Notes: generated by a model from the sequence alone, not told the origin. Counted from the stretch's first letter, positions 24,684 through 38,675 are shown. The stretch is 64,000 nt of DNA from Squalus acanthias (GCA_030390025.1 CM059432.1:63304001-63368000); one strand, 5' to 3'. Program-made: numbers and translations.

Positions 24684-27600
24684 CAGGGGATTAATTTGCT
24701 CGCAGGTCGCCTCAAAGCCAGCAATGATGAAAATGAGCATCTGCACAATGATGCAACTTCCCCTTTAAGAGCTGGAAGGAACCAGTGTGAAGGATCATTG
24801 CTGAATGCTTTGCACCTGAAATTCTGGAGCGTCCACTGAGGTCATTAGCGCTTGATTTATTGCCCCACTTCCTTCCTGGGGCGCTAACACCCAATTTAGT
24901 AGAAATTCAGAATCCTTAGTGCCTGGCGCTAAATTTTAAAAATTTCAAAAGTTAGCGTCCCAAACGGGGCGATACCCAATTTCACCTCCTGTGTATCTAC
25001 ACTATCAAAACCTTTCATAATTTTAAAGACCTATATTAGGTCACCCCTCAGCCTTCTCTTATCAAGAGAAAAGAGACTCAGCCTGTTCATCATTTCCTGA
25101 TAGGTATAGCCTCACATTTCTGGTATCATCCTTGTAAATCTTTTTTGCACCCTCTTCATTGCCTCTCGATCCTTTTTATAATATGGTGACCAGATTTGTA
25201 CACAGTACTCCAAGTGTGGTCTAACCAAGGTTCGATACAAGTTTAGCATAACTTCTTGATTTTTCAATTCTATCCCTCTAGAAATAAACCCTAATGCTTG
25301 GTTTGCCTTTTTTATGGCCTTATTAACCTGCATCGCTACTTTTAGTGATTTGTGTATTTGTACACCCAGATCCCTTTGCTCCTCTACCCCATTTAGATTC
25401 TTATTTTCCAAGTAATATGTGACCTTCTTATTTTTCTTACCAAAATGTAATAGCTCACACTTATTTGTGTTGAAATTCATTTGCCAATTATATGCCCATT
25501 CTGCAAGTTTATTAATGTCTTCTTGTAATTTGTTGCCATGCTCCTCAGTATTGACTATTCCCCCCCCCCACAATTTGGTGTCATCTGCAAATTTAGAAAT
25601 TGTGTTTTTGATTCCAAAGTCTAAATCGTTAATGTAAATTGTGAACAACACTAGACCTGCATTCTCTGACCTTATTTATTAGTCTATTATGTGGTACCTT
25701 ATCGAAGGCATTTTGGAAATCTAGATAAATTACATCTACTGAATTACCCTTGTCTACTCTCTCTGTTACCCCTTCAAAGAATTCAATGAGGTTGGTCAAG
25801 CAAGACTTTCCCTTTTGAAAGCCATGCTGACTATTCATTATTATACTTTTGGTTTCTAGATGTTCTTTTATTTTTTCCTTTAGTAGGGATTCCATTATTT
25901 TTCCTATCACCAATGTTAAGCTGATTGATCGATGCTTTCATGGACATGTTCTATCTCCCTTTTTAAATATAGGAATTACATTAGATATCCACCAATCCTC
26001 TGGCACTACACCTTTATTTAACAAATTATTAAATATGTGTAATAGTGCCTCTGCTATCTCTTCACTAGATTCTGTTAAAATGTACGGATGTAATCCGTCC
26101 GGACCAGGGGTTTTATCCACCTTGAGTTTGATTAGTTTATTTAATATTTCTCCACTTTTTATTTTAAATGCGGTTATATCATTTCCAATCTCATCTTACA
26201 ATGTCATGTCCACCTGATCTATCTCCCCGATAAATACTGAAGTAAAGTAATTATTTAATATTTCTGTCATTTCCCTATCGCTGCCTGTGATTTTATCCTA
26301 ATGGTCCATTAGTGACCCTATTCCCATCACGACTTTTCTTTTTTTATTTATGTGCTTGTAGAATATTTTACTATTTTGTGTTATGTTCCTTGATAATTTA
26401 ATTTCATAGTTCCTTTCTGCCTTCCTAATTGCTTTTTTGACTAATTTCTTCATATTCTCCCTTATCATGCACTCCCCTGCTGTCTATGTACTTAATGTAT
26501 GCCTCTTTCCTTACTCTCAATTGTTCCCTTATGGCTTTATTCATCCATGGAGTCTCATTAGTGTTTAGCTTCTTCTTGCTTTTTGGGGAATATATATTTT
26601 CCTACACTCTGTTGAACACCGTTTTAAATGTTTCCCATTGCTGTTCTACATCATTGTTTGCCAATATTGTTGACCGTTTTATTTTCCCAAGTTCTATTCT
26701 CAGCCCTGCAAAAATCGGCTTTTCTCCAATCTATTACCCCGGTTTTCGTCATACTTATGTCCTTCTCGATTATTATCTTAAACGTATTATATTATAGTCA
26801 CTATTGCCTAGATGTTCCCCTACTTTTACTTCTCTTATCTGCTCTGGTTCATTCCCCATTACTAGATCCAATAGCGAATCCTCCCTTGTTGGGTTTTTTA
26901 CATATTGGGTTAGAAAAGAGTCCTGTACACATTGTAGGAATTCCATTCCCTGATCTCCTTTACCTACCTCTTCTGGCCAATTAATTTTGGGGTAGTTGAA
27001 ATCCCCCATGATGATTATTCTATGGTTTTTACTCATTTACCTAACTTGTTTGCATATTTCTTCCTCTACCTCCTTTCCGCTATTAGGTGGTCTGTAGACT
27101 ACCCCTGTTAGTGTGATCGATCCTTTATCTCTATCCACACGGATTCTATTTCTGTCTTACTGATAGCTGCGTCACTTTTTTCTACTGCCATTATGTTAGC
27201 TCTAATAAGTACAGCAACTCCACCTCCCCTGTTTCCCTCTCTATCTTTTCTAAATATGTTATACCCTGCAATGTTTAATTGCAAGTCCTGATCTTTCTGT
27301 AGCCATATCTCAGTAATCCCTACTATATCTGGTTCTTCGCAATGTTTTTCTGCCTCCAGTTCCCCTGTTTTATTATAGACATTGTGTGCATTGCTGTACA
27401 GACAGTTTAACTCATTTTTAATAGCAGTTCCTCTCACTTTATTTTTAACCATCTTTTTACACTCCTGTTCTATAACTCTAATTATTCCCAGGCCATCATT
27501 GTCCTACCGTAGTTTAGTCTTTCCTATGCTCTCCTTTCCTGTTTCATTTATATTTAAGCTGGTTTTTTTTCTTGTAGATCACTTGTTACGAATGCTTCAT

Positions 27601-28142
27601 GCATTCAGATACAGAGCCTTTAATTTAAATTTTTGACCATTATTCTCTGCTTTCACCTTATTTGCTGATGCACTATTATCGTTAACTCTCTGTCCCTTCC
27701 TGTCACACTCTGCTTATCTTTACCCAAATCGCTACACTGCTCCATTACCTTGACTTTTCTCTTTAGATATCTAAATTTCCTCTCACCTGACCCCTCCACC
27801 CCCCCTTTTTAGTTTAAAGCCGTATCTACAGCCCCAGTTATTTGATTCGCCAGGACACTGGTCCCAGCCCGGTTTAAGTGGAGCCCATCCCAACGGAACA
27901 GCTCCCTCTTTCCACAGTACTGGTGCCAGTGCCCCATGAATTGAAACCCTTGCCTCCCACACTACTCTGTGCCATGCATTTAACTCTTTGATCTGCTTGT
28001 CCCTATGCCAATTTGCGCGAGGCTCAGGTAACATTCCAGATATTATTACCTTTGAGGTTCTGTGTTTTTATTTGGACGCTAGCTCCTCAAACTCTCTCAG
28101 CAGAACCTCATTCCTAGTTCTACCTATGTCGTTCATTCCTAC

Positions 28143-30517
28143 ATAGAATCATAGAATGGTTACAGCACAGAAGGAGGCCATTCGGCCCATCGAGCCCATG
28201 CTGGCTCTCTGCAAGAGCACTTCAGTTAGTCCCACCCCCACGCCCTTTCCCCGTAGCCCTGTGAATTGTTTTCCTTCAGGTACTTCTCCAATTCCCTTTT
28301 GAAAGCCACAATTGAATCTACCTTTAGATCCTAACCACTCGCTGCGTAAAAAAGTTTTTCTTCATGTCGCCTTTGGTTCTTCTACCAATAAGAACATAAG
28401 AAGTAGGAGCAGGAGTAGGCCATATGGCCCCTCGGGCCTGCTCCGCCATTCAATAGGATCATGGCTGATCCGAACCTAGACTCACGTCCACTTCCCTGCC
28501 TGCTCCCCATAACCCTTAATTCCCTTATCAGCTAGGAAACTGTCCATCTCCGTTTTAAATTTATTTAATGTCGCAGCTTCCACAGCTCTCTGAGGTAGCA
28601 AATTCCATAGATTTACTACCCTCTGAGAGAAGAAGTTTCTCCTCATCTCAGTTTTGAAACGGCAGCCCCTTATTCTAAGATTATGCCCCCTAGTTCTAGT
28701 CTCACCCATCAGTGGAAACATCCTCCCCGCCTCCACCCGATCAAGCCCCCTCACAATCTTATATGTTTCGATAAGATCGCCTCTCATTCTTCTGAATTCC
28801 AATGAGTAGAGGCCCAACCTACTCAACCTTTCCTCATAAGTCAACCCCCTCATCTCCGGAATCAACCGAGTGAACCTTCTCTGAACTGCCTCGAGAGCAA
28901 GTATATCTTTTCTTAAATATGGAAACCAAAACTGTATGCAGTATTCCAGGTGTGGTCTCACCAGTACCTTGTATAACTGAAGCAAGACTTCCCTGCTTTT
29001 ATACTCCATCCCCCTTGCAATAAAAGCCAAGATTCCATTGGCCTTCCTGATCACCTGCTGTACCTGCATACTAACCTTCTGTGTTTCATGCACCAGGACC
29101 CCCAGATCCCTTTGTACTGTAGCACTTTGCAGTTTCTTTCCACTTAGATAATAACTTGCTCTTTGATTTTTTCTGCCAAAGTGCATAACCTCACACTTTC
29201 CAACATTATATTCCATCTGCCAAATTTCTGCCCACTCACTTAGCCTGTCTATGTCCTTTTGCAGGTTTTTTATGTCCTCCTCACTCACTGCTTTTCCTCC
29301 CATCTTTGTATTGTCAGCAAACTTGGATATGTTGCAGTTGGTCCCCTCCTCCAAATCGTTAATATAGATTGTAAAGAGTTGGGGTCCCAGCACTGACCCT
29401 TGCGGAATACCACTAGTTACTGATTGCCAACCCGAGAATGAACCATTTATCCCAACTCTCTGTTTTCTGTTAGATAGCCAATCTTCCACCCATGCCAGTA
29501 TATTACCCCCAATCCTGTGATTTTTTATCTTGTGCAGTAATCTTTTGTGTGGCACCTTATCAAATGCCTTTTGGAAGTCCAAATACACCACATCCACTGG
29601 TTCTCCTTTATCCACCCTGGTTGCTACGTCCTCAAAGAATTCGAGCAAATTTGTCAAGCATGATTTCCCCTTCATAAAACCATGCTGACTCTGTCCGATT
29701 AAATTATGCTTATCCAAATGTCCTGTTACTGCTTCCTTAATAATGGACTCCAACATTTTACCAACCACAGATGTTAGGCTAACTGGTCTATAGTTTCCAG
29801 CCTTTTGTCTACCTCCCTTTTTAAATAAGGGCGTTACATTAGCAGTTTTCCAATCTGCTGGGACCTTTCCCGAATCCAGGGAGTTTTGGAAAATTACTAC
29901 CAATGCATCCGCAATCCCTACCGCTGCTTCTCTCAAGACCCTAGGAAGTAAGCCATCAGGGCCAGGGGATTTATCCGCCTTAAGTCCCATTATCTTACTG
30001 AGTACCATCTCCTTAGTGATTTTAATCGTGTTTAGCTCCTCCCCCCTATAGCCCCCCGTTTGTCCAGTGTTGGGATATTTTTAGTATCCTCTACTGTAAA
30101 GACTGATACAAAATATTTGTTCAGCGTATTTGCCATCTCCGTGTTCCCCACTACTAATTTCCCGGTCTCGTCCTCTAAGGGACCAACATTCACTTTAGCC
30201 ACCCTTTTTCTTTTTATATAACTGTAGAAACTCCTGCTATCTGTTTTTATATTTTTTGCTAGTTTACTTTCATAATCTATCTTAATCACCTATCAATCAC
30301 CTTAAATCTGTGTCCTCTGGTTCTCGACCCTTCTGTTAATGGGAACAGTTTCTCTCTATCTACTCTGTCTAGACCCCTCATGATTTTGAACACCTCTATC
30401 AAATCTCCTCTCAACCTTCTCTGCTCGAAGGAGAACAACCCCAGCTTCTCCAGTCTGTACACGTAACTGAAGTCCCTCGTCCCTGGAACCATTCTTGTAA
30501 ATCTTTTCTGCACCCTA
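28143..30517 (-). mobile_element. CR1 3' fragment (28143-28389 and 30298-30517), itself interrupted
   Basis: RVQKRFTRM...RLRGDLIEVFK...TRGHRFKV; (attctatg)n tail at 28143. Confidence 0.8.
28390..30289 (-). mobile_element. Young 5'-truncated CR1 with an uninterrupted 508-aa RT ORF (28482-30008)
   Basis: Complete RT domain through the C-terminus; ttcttatg tail; TSD ctaccaat/ctatcaat at 28382 and 30290. Confidence 0.95.
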
Positions 30518-30653
30518 ATGTGGACCACGACAACTGAACCTTCACCCTCCCACTCCAAATTCTTCTCTAGCTGTGAGGAGATATCCTTAACTCTGGCAGT
30601 GGACAGGCAACACAGCCTTCGGAACTCCCGGTCGTGGCTGCAGAGAACAGTAT

Positions 30654-31323
30654 GGGGGAAAAATGGGGTTGCTTTGCATCTCCCATTAGCACTAACGGGG
30701 CGCAAAGTCCCTAGCACCCGGATGCAGCGCTGCTAATGCCTGCCACAAAATTCAGCGGGAGGTTAGCAGCGGCGGTAGCCGGTAGCACCCTGCGGCGCTG
30801 TGCCTCCGGCGATGACGTCATTGCCGTGCGCCGCACTCCGCTCGCACCCCGGCCGCAAACTTCGGCTGTGCCCCCTGACCTATCACCGGATAATATGTCC
30901 GACAGGGTCAGGGTGGCATTTTTGCAGCCGCGGCGGTGGCACCTGCCCTCTTCCCCTCTTTTATTCGGGGTGCCGGCCGCGATCGCTCAGCCTGGCACTC
31001 CTCTTGAGTGCCGGGCTGCTTTCCCGGCACCCTGCTCCCCGGTGGTCCAGCAGGGCCCCGGTGCATGCAGCGCTAGGCCCCTCCCCTTTAATCAGGGGAG
31101 GAGGCCTGCAATACTGTAGCGCTACGTGCCGACGCGCGTGGTGCTGTTGCACATAGCGCCGCGATATTCACTGGTAGCGCCCCAGGAAGGAGGGGATCAC
31201 TTCCAGTAGCGCCCCGCCTCCTGCTTGGGGCGCTACCACTGAATTTACGGCGCTGGGGCGGTAACATTTTTGGGACGCTAAAAGTAGCGCCCCGGCAAAG
31301 TTAGCACCACCAAATTTTTCCCC
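30654..31323. mobile_element. Non-autonomous Harbinger-type MITE (GC/CpG-rich)
   Basis: TAT|gggggaaaaat...atttttcccc|TAT; homologous to 63195-63963. Confidence 0.9.
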
Positions 31324-32214
31324 TATCTATCCCCCTGACTCTACTGTCCCTACCACTACAACATTCCTTTTCACTCCCCCCACTTAAATGGCCTCTGCAT
31401 CCTGGTAACATGGTCAGTTTGCTCATCCACCCTGCAGACTTTGCCCTCATCCACACAGGCAGCAAGAATCTCATACCTATTGGATAAGGACAAAGGCCGA
31501 GGCTCCTCCAGCACTGCACCTGGATCCCCTTACCTGCCTGAGTAGCAGTCACACCCTGTACCACTGCCTAACCTAAGGGGTGTGACTGCCTCCTGAATCA
31601 AAATGTCCAGCTAACTCTCCCCCTCTCTGATGCCCTGCAATGTCTGCACCGCAGACTCCAGCTCAACAATTCTGAGCTGAAGTTCCTCGAGATGCAAACA
31701 CTTACTGCAGACGCGGTCGTCCAGGATCGCGATGCTTTCCACAAATTCCTACATGTTTCATGGAAACATTTTTATTTGGAAAACAACTTGTAAAGATGCA
31801 ATAGAGAGAGAGAGAGAGAAAAATAATTTCATAAATATCAGCATCCTCCTCAAAAAGTGTGTGGTAGGGTGGTATTTTAGCAAAATTCAGAAACCAAAAC
31901 TTCCCCACTGTGGAATAAATGATTTATGGATTGTCCTTCTGGATGCCCCGAAGAAGCGAATAAAACTCTACCTAGTGTTAAGTATCTCTTCAGTTCTTAA
32001 GTCTGCAACACTGGTAAGCAAAATGTTTTCTTTTAGAGCCCTCCATAAAGTGCTGTAAGGGGGTTTTGCCACAACCATTTGCAAGGCCACGAAATAGAGC
32101 TGAAAACAGGAACATTGGCTGGAACACTTCTCCCACTGTTGTATCTTTATCCTAAACTGAATTATGTCTAAAACCACTTGGAACGTCCCCAGCACCACTG
32201 TTTAAAATTAACTA

Positions 32215-32690
32215 GGTAACAAAATGTTACAACACCAACTGGAGAGAAAAAATGTGAGTTGCAGACAGCCTTGTGGTATCACCAACTTTTTGGATAGGGC
32301 CTTTGACCTTTATCTAAGGTTTTGGATAGAATCTAAGGAATTACCATGGACAAATAAGTTTATTTGTGTTCACGTATGATGGTAAATTTTGAGTATTATA
32401 GAATGATCTAATTTGTTATGTAATGGTTTAAATATATATATATTTCCCTATTTAATTTTAAGGTGCTAGCTAAAAGCTCTAAAGTCAGATACACTTTAAT
32501 GTTTTTACATTCCTTCAACTGAGAACATTTTGAGTGAATACAAAGGACTTTACATGGTAATTCCTTAGATTCTACCCAAAACCTTAGATAAAGGTCAAAG
32601 GCCCCCATTTCCAAAATGTTGGTGATATCACAAGGCTGTCTGAAACTCACATTGTTTTCTTTCCAATTGGTGTTGTAACATTTTATTGCC
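32215..32690. mobile_element. Foldback DNA element with ~135-bp inverted arms, TA-flanked
   Basis: 32215-32348 is the reverse complement of 32553-32690 with scattered mismatches. Confidence 0.8.
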
Positions 32691-33629
32691 TATATATTAT
32701 GTATACACCATACTACTATACATTGAGATAAAGGCACCAAATGTGTGAAATGTGGCAAGGAGTATAGACAAAAAATTTTCCCACAAATTAATAATGAATC
32801 ATATGAAATGGAAAACAATCCACTCATCAACTGTTGAATCTTACTATCAGTGTTCACATAATTGATCAGACTAGTAAAAGTTATAAAACAAATTTGTCAC
32901 CTCCAATCCAACTGCTTTGCCATCTAGATGGTCACTCATCTGATTAATTACTTCCTATACGTCTAAAGACATCTTTCATTTTTAGCAGATAGCACCTGAC
33001 CTCATCTAAGCTGAATATTTAGCTTGGTTTATGTTAGAATTAGACTCATGCCTTAAAGCCTTCCTCATCAAATGTTCAGGAACAGGGAGGGCACAAGAGA
33101 ACTCGGGCTTTCTCCATCAACAAGCTTGTCAGCGCTAACAGGAGAAGACATCTGAGGCAAGCCTTTCCAGCTCGATGCTTTTTCTGTTTTACCAAGCGAC
33201 GGTTTATTTTTTTTCCTAAGAAGTGTTCATCAATGAAACACTCAAGCAACTCTTTATTAATACACTTAAAATGGGAATTAATTGTTAAGATTCAACATTT
33301 AAAGGAGATGGCTCACAAACTTAGAGGTTAGAAGAATTGCACTGCAGAATTAGAAAGAATATTTGTTGTCTTATTATAAGAGAGATTTCATAGTTCAGCA
33401 TGTCAGAACAGAAAAAAAAATAATTCAAGAGGATTGATTTGTATGAAAGAACTGGGAAGCCAATGTGCGATATTGTAAAACAAGGTACTTGGAAATATTA
33501 GCACATTTGATAAGGCACAAAGTACCAGAGACACTTTATAATGACATTTTTTTACCATTCTTCAGTGGCTTAGACCACCAAGTGGGCCTACTTCCGCTGG
33601 ATGGCAAGTCAATACACCTTCTCTCACTC

Positions 33630-34325
33630 AACAACAACAAGTATTTATATAGTGCCTTTAACGTAGTAAAATGTCCCAAGGCGCTTCACAGGAGTATTAT
33701 AAGACAAAAAAAAAATTGACACCAAGCCACATAAGGAGAAATTAGGGCAGGTGACCAAAAGCTTGGTCAAAGAGGTAGGTTTTAAGGAGCGTCTTAAAAG
33801 AGGAAAGAGAGGTAGAGAGGCGGAGAGGTTTAGGCAGGGAATTCCAGAGCTTAGGCCCTAGGCAGTTGAAGGCACGGCCACCAATGGTTGAACGATTATA
33901 ATCAGGGATGCTCAAGAGGGCAGAATTAGAGGAGCACAGATATCTCGGGGGGTTGTGGGGCTGGAGGAGATTACAGAGATAGGGAGGGGCGAGGTCATTG
34001 AGGGATTTGAAAACAAGGATGAGAATTTTGAAAGCGAGACGTTGCTTAACCGAGAGCCAATGCAGGTCAGCGAGCACAGGGGTGATGGGTGAATGGGACT
34101 TGGTGCGAGTTAGGACATGGGCAGCCAAGTTTTGGATGACCTCAAGTTTACGTAGGGTAGAACGTGGGCGGCCAGCCAGCAATACATTGGAATAGTCAAG
34201 TCTAGAGGTAACAAAGGTATGGATGAGGGTTTCAGCAGCAGATGAGCTGAAGCAAGGGCAGAGACGGGCGATGTTACGGAGGTAGAAATAGGCGGTCTTA
34301 ATTTATGCTGCGGATATGTGGTCGG
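33630..34325 (-). mobile_element. L2-type LINE 3' end
   Basis: QN.AA.VLTRTK..SPITPVLADLHWL...FKTLLKTYLF; (ttg)n tail. Confidence 0.9.
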
Positions 34326-35885
34326 TCACTCAGCATACTAGCCCACCACTCTTCCATCATACTGGGGATGAGGAAGCTCCCTGCTTGGGAATCCCCTCTC
34401 CTGACCACACCCTCTCTTATGGCACTGTCCTTGTTTTGGGTCAGCAGAAGCTCCTGCTCAAACTGAGCCTTGTGAAAACCAACAGGGAAACTGGGGCCTC
34501 TTGTCCAGGTCCTGGCCTAATTCCTGGCCCTTCCACTGAACCCGGAGCAGGAGGGCTCCGGTAGGCCTGTGTATTTTCGGCCCCATCGAATTTTACAGCC
34601 CAGAAGGAGGTCCTTCAGCTGATTGTGCCTGTGCTAGTACTTCAGTTGGAAATATATACTCCAGTCAGCTTCCCTATCCATTTTACATCCTTTCAAATTC
34701 TTCCTTTTCAAATATTTATCCTTTTAAATATGCTGTAGCCTCAGCTTCCATAGCCAGTTGTGTTAAGAGACATGTTCTAATAACTGTTGGTGCAAAAACA
34801 TTCCTTTTAACTTCTTCTAGTCATAATCATGAGTCTGTGCCTTCTTGCTACTGATTCACCAATTAGTAGAAACAATCTTTCACTATATATCCTCTCAAAA
34901 CCTTCCATAACTTTGAAAACCTTTATTGTATCCGCTTTAATCTTCTCTGTTCCAGTTTAAAAAGCTCCAATTTTCAAGCGTTTCTTTATAACTATGACCC
35001 CTTGTTCCCTCTATCATCCTCGTGAATCTTTGTTGTATCTTTTCAATGGCTCCAATGTCCTTCCCATAATGGATTGCGCAGAACTTCAAGCAATACTCCA
35101 ACTGTGGCCTAATCAATGTTTGCTACAAATTCAGCATCACTTCCTTGCTTTTATATTCAATGGCCCTGTATAAAAGCATGATACATGAAAGGAAGATCCA
35201 TTTGCCTTTTTACGGCCCTTTCTACCTAAACTCCCATCTTTAAAGATTTGTGTATCTGCAAGCATAAATCTTGCTATTTTCTTCTTTGTTGAGAGTTTCA
35301 TCATTTGGGGTATACTTTCTTTCATTGTTCTTTTTCTCAAAATGTGCTACTTCAGATTTCTCCACATTGAACACTATGGCCGGAATTTTCTGGGGTCTGT
35401 GTGGGCGCGATTGGAGGTGGGTTGGGTGGGTAATTTGAAATTAGTTGCAGCGGGTTGGGAACCCGCCGTCATATGCCTTTCTCTCGGGCGCGGCTGACCG
35501 GCAGAGGCGGGCGACCTAATTCAAATCATTAACAAGTAGTGAGAGCATTTTTCAGCCTACATTTCAAATTTCCCTGGCTGCCCACGGGATTCACGCAGCT
35601 CGGGAACCACGTCTGTCAGCCTCAGGCGGGAGTTGAGTGGCCATTGCTCCAGCTGATTAGATGACAGCATCAAATGTACTATAAAAGCTTCCATCTCACA
35701 GCTGGTCACTTTCCTCAGGCAGAAGCTGTTGCCGACTTACATTCCCAGCACACATTTAGCTTTGTACAGGCTGCAAGTGCTTCCAGCAAAGTCGGCATCC
35801 AGTCTCACCTCATTGTTACAAACTATCACTCCATTGATAGCTTGCTCCTCTGATATCCACTTGATCTGCCATCTATTCCATCAGC

Positions 35886-37105
35886 ATGGGTGCCATTTAT
35901 ACTGTGTCACCTTAGTCCTCAGAATCACACCACGATGAGCCCCAACACCAGCAGCACCAACAACAACACCACCAACCTTCTCCTCAACCACCTGATGCTG
36001 CAAAGGATAGAGGGCACCAGTGCAGGGTTGCACCACACTGGAGGTATACCCAACACAGGGGATACAGGCAGAGGATGAGCTTCCTCAACATGATTGAGCA
36101 GCAGTGCCAAAGGAGGCTCAGGCTATCGTGCCAGGTTGTCGCAGACATTTGCACATTGCTCGAGCAAGACCTGCAGCCCAGAGGAACGGGTGGACATGCC
36201 TTACTAGTGGCTGTCAAAGTCACCATTGCCCTCAACTTCTTCGCCTCAGGCTCCTTCTAGGGATCTGCAGCAGACATTTGCGGCATCTCGCAGTCGGCCA
36301 CCCACAAATGCATCACAGGTCACCGATGCCCTGTTTCACAAGTCAGCCAATTATATCAACTTTGGCACTGATGAAGCCAGTATTACTGAGTGGGTTCTTG
36401 ACTTTGCCACTCTGGCTGGCTTCCCATGGGTGCAGAGTATCATCGACTGCACACATGTGGCCATCAGGGCACCCCATCATCACCCAGGAGTCTTTGTCAA
36501 CCGCAAAGGCCCTCACTCCCTCAATGTGCAGCTGGTCTGCAACCATAGGAAGATCATCATGCATGTATGTGCCAAATTCCCTGGCAGCCACCATGACTCT
36601 TTCGTCCTTCACCAGTCCACCCTCCCACAGCTCTTCACATCGCCAAACAGGCTTTCTGGTTGGCTGCTTGGAGTCAAGGGCTATCCACTGAAGACGTGGC
36701 TCATGACACCCTTGAGGAGGCCAAGTACTGAGATCCAGGAGAGATATAATGAAAGCCACATTTCCACCAGATGTGTCATAGACCAGACAATAGTTATGCT
36801 CAAAATGCGCTTCAGATGCCTTGACAGATCGAGGAGCTCTTCAGTACGCACCAGCCAGGGTCTCCAGAATCATTGTGGTCTGCTGCGCCCTGCGCAACAT
36901 AGCACAGCAGCGAGGATTAGCGCTGCATAAGGAGCAAGGCACTGAGCGCACAGCCTCTTCAGAAGAGCAGGAGGAGGAGGAGCATTAGCTGGAAGATGAG
37001 GAGGAGCAGGAGCAGGAGGAACCTGCGGTGCAGATTACCCCAGCGCTCAAGCACATTGCTGCCCGGGAGGCGAGGGATGGCCTCATCATGTCCATATTTA
37101 CTTAA
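35886..37105 (+). pseudogene. Harbinger (HARBI1-like) transposase
   Basis: [69 protein letters not shown], acidic tail. Confidence 0.92.
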
Positions 37106-37123
37106 CTTTATGCAGTACACCCA

Positions 37124-38675
37124 TATGGCTATATGATGCTGAGGACTGGCGGATAGCTAACATAATACCTATATTTAAGAAGGGGGATAGAACATGTCCA
37201 GGGAATTATAGACCAGTCAGCTTAACATCGGTGGTAGGAAAAATAATGGAATCCCTACTAAAGGAGAAAATAGAAGAACATCTAGAAACCAAAAATATAG
37301 TAATGATAGTCAGCAAGGCTTTCAAAAGGGAAAGTCTTGCTTGACCAACCTCATTGAATTTTTTGAAGAGGTAACAGAGAGAATAGACAATGGTAATGCA
37401 GTAGATGTAATTTATCTAGATTTTTAAAAGACCTTTGATAAGGTACCCCATAATAGACTGATGAACAAGGTCAGAGAATGCGGAGTCAGGGGACAAGTAG
37501 CAGAATGGATAGCTAGCTGGCTTCAAGACAGAAAGCAGAGAGTAGGGGTAAAGGGTCGCCATTCACAATGGCAGAAGGTGGGTAGTGGTGTTCCACAAGG
37601 ATCAGTGCTGGCACCACTGACCACTGTTGTTCACAATTTATATTAATGATTTAGACTTTGGAATCAGAAACACCATTTCTAAATTTGCGGATGACACCAA
37701 ATTGGGGGGATAGTCAATACTGAGGAGGACTGTAACAGATTACAGGAGGACATTAATAAACTTGTAGAATGGGCATATAATTGGTAAATGAAGTTCAACA
37801 CAGATAAATGTGAGGTATTACATTTTGGTATGAAGAATAGGGAGGTCACTTATTACTTGGAGGGTGCGAGTCTAGGTGGGGTAGAGGAACAAAGGGATCT
37901 CGGAGTACAAATACACAAATCACTAAAAGTTGTGACACAGGTTAGCAAGGCCATAAAAAAAGCAAACCAAGCACTAGGATTTATTTCTAGAGGTATAGAA
38001 TTGAAAAGTAGGGAAGTCATGCTAAACCTATATTGAACCTTTGGTTAGACCACACTTTGCGTACAGTTCTGGTCGCCATATTATAAAAAGGATATAGAGG
38101 CACTGGAGAGGTTGCAGAGAAGCTTTACAAGGATGATACCAGAAATGTGAGGATATAAATATAAGGAATGATCTTATTGAATGGCGGAGCAGGCTCGAGG
38201 GGCCAAATGACCTACTCCTGCTCCTACATCTTATGTTCTTATGTAGGAAAGGATGAACAGGCTGGGTCTCTTTTAGCTTGAAAAAAGGCAGAGGGGTGAC
38301 CTAATAGAGGTCTTTAAAATTATGAAAGGTTTTGATAGAGAGAGAATGTTTCCACTTGTGGGGAAGAGCATAACTAGAGGCCATCAATATAAGATAGTCA
38401 CCAAGAAATCCAATAGGGAATTCAGAAGAAACTTTTTTACCCAAAGAGTGGTGAGAATGTGGAACTCGTTACCACAGGGAGTGGTTGAAGCGAAAAGTAT
38501 AGATGCATTTAAGGGGAGGCTAGACAAGCAAATGAGGGAGAAGGGAATAGAGGGTTATGCTGATAGATTTAGCTGAGGAAAGATGGGAGGAGGCTCGAGT
38601 GGAACATAAACGCCGGCCTGGACTGGTTGGGCCGAATGGCCTGTTTCTGTGCCGTATATCCTATGTAATCCTATG
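37124..38675 (+). mobile_element. 5'-truncated CR1, with a ~75-bp CR1 3'-end insert at 38168-38243
   Basis: RT motifs; (atcctatgta)n tail abutting the Gypsy LTR remnant. Confidence 0.9.

Larger units (their letters stand above)
21009..24989. mobile_element. PIF/Harbinger DNA transposon B (best preserved, ~4.0 kb, no nested inserts)
   Basis: TCT|gggctagaaattggg...cccaatttcacctcc|TGT. The host CR1 resumes on both sides. Confidence 0.92.
20675..27575 (-). mobile_element. Long CR1 LINE (ORF2 APE+RT, decayed), split by Harbinger B
   Basis: ORFs from 27452 to 25112 carry APE (CLYSNA, GITE.W, MGDFN, PTR...LLDL) and RT motifs. The 3' UTR and tail lie at 20675-21008. Same family as 37124-38675. Confidence 0.9.
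27577..31745 (-). mobile_element. CR1 5' part: ORF1 (Zn-finger/leucine zipper plus SGNH esterase) and start of ORF2, fragmented by three inserts
   Basis: CSKCLHLEELQLRIVELE (~31700), VVVH / VGMNDIG split at 30518/28143, VIISGMLPEPRA, then ALYLNA.SIRNK at ~27620. Confidence 0.8.

Noticed and set aside
30736..31156. GC-rich ORFs / CpG-island gene promoter (also 63379-63929, 50370-51034)
   Set aside because: Internal to non-autonomous MITEs; the ORFs reflect GC content.
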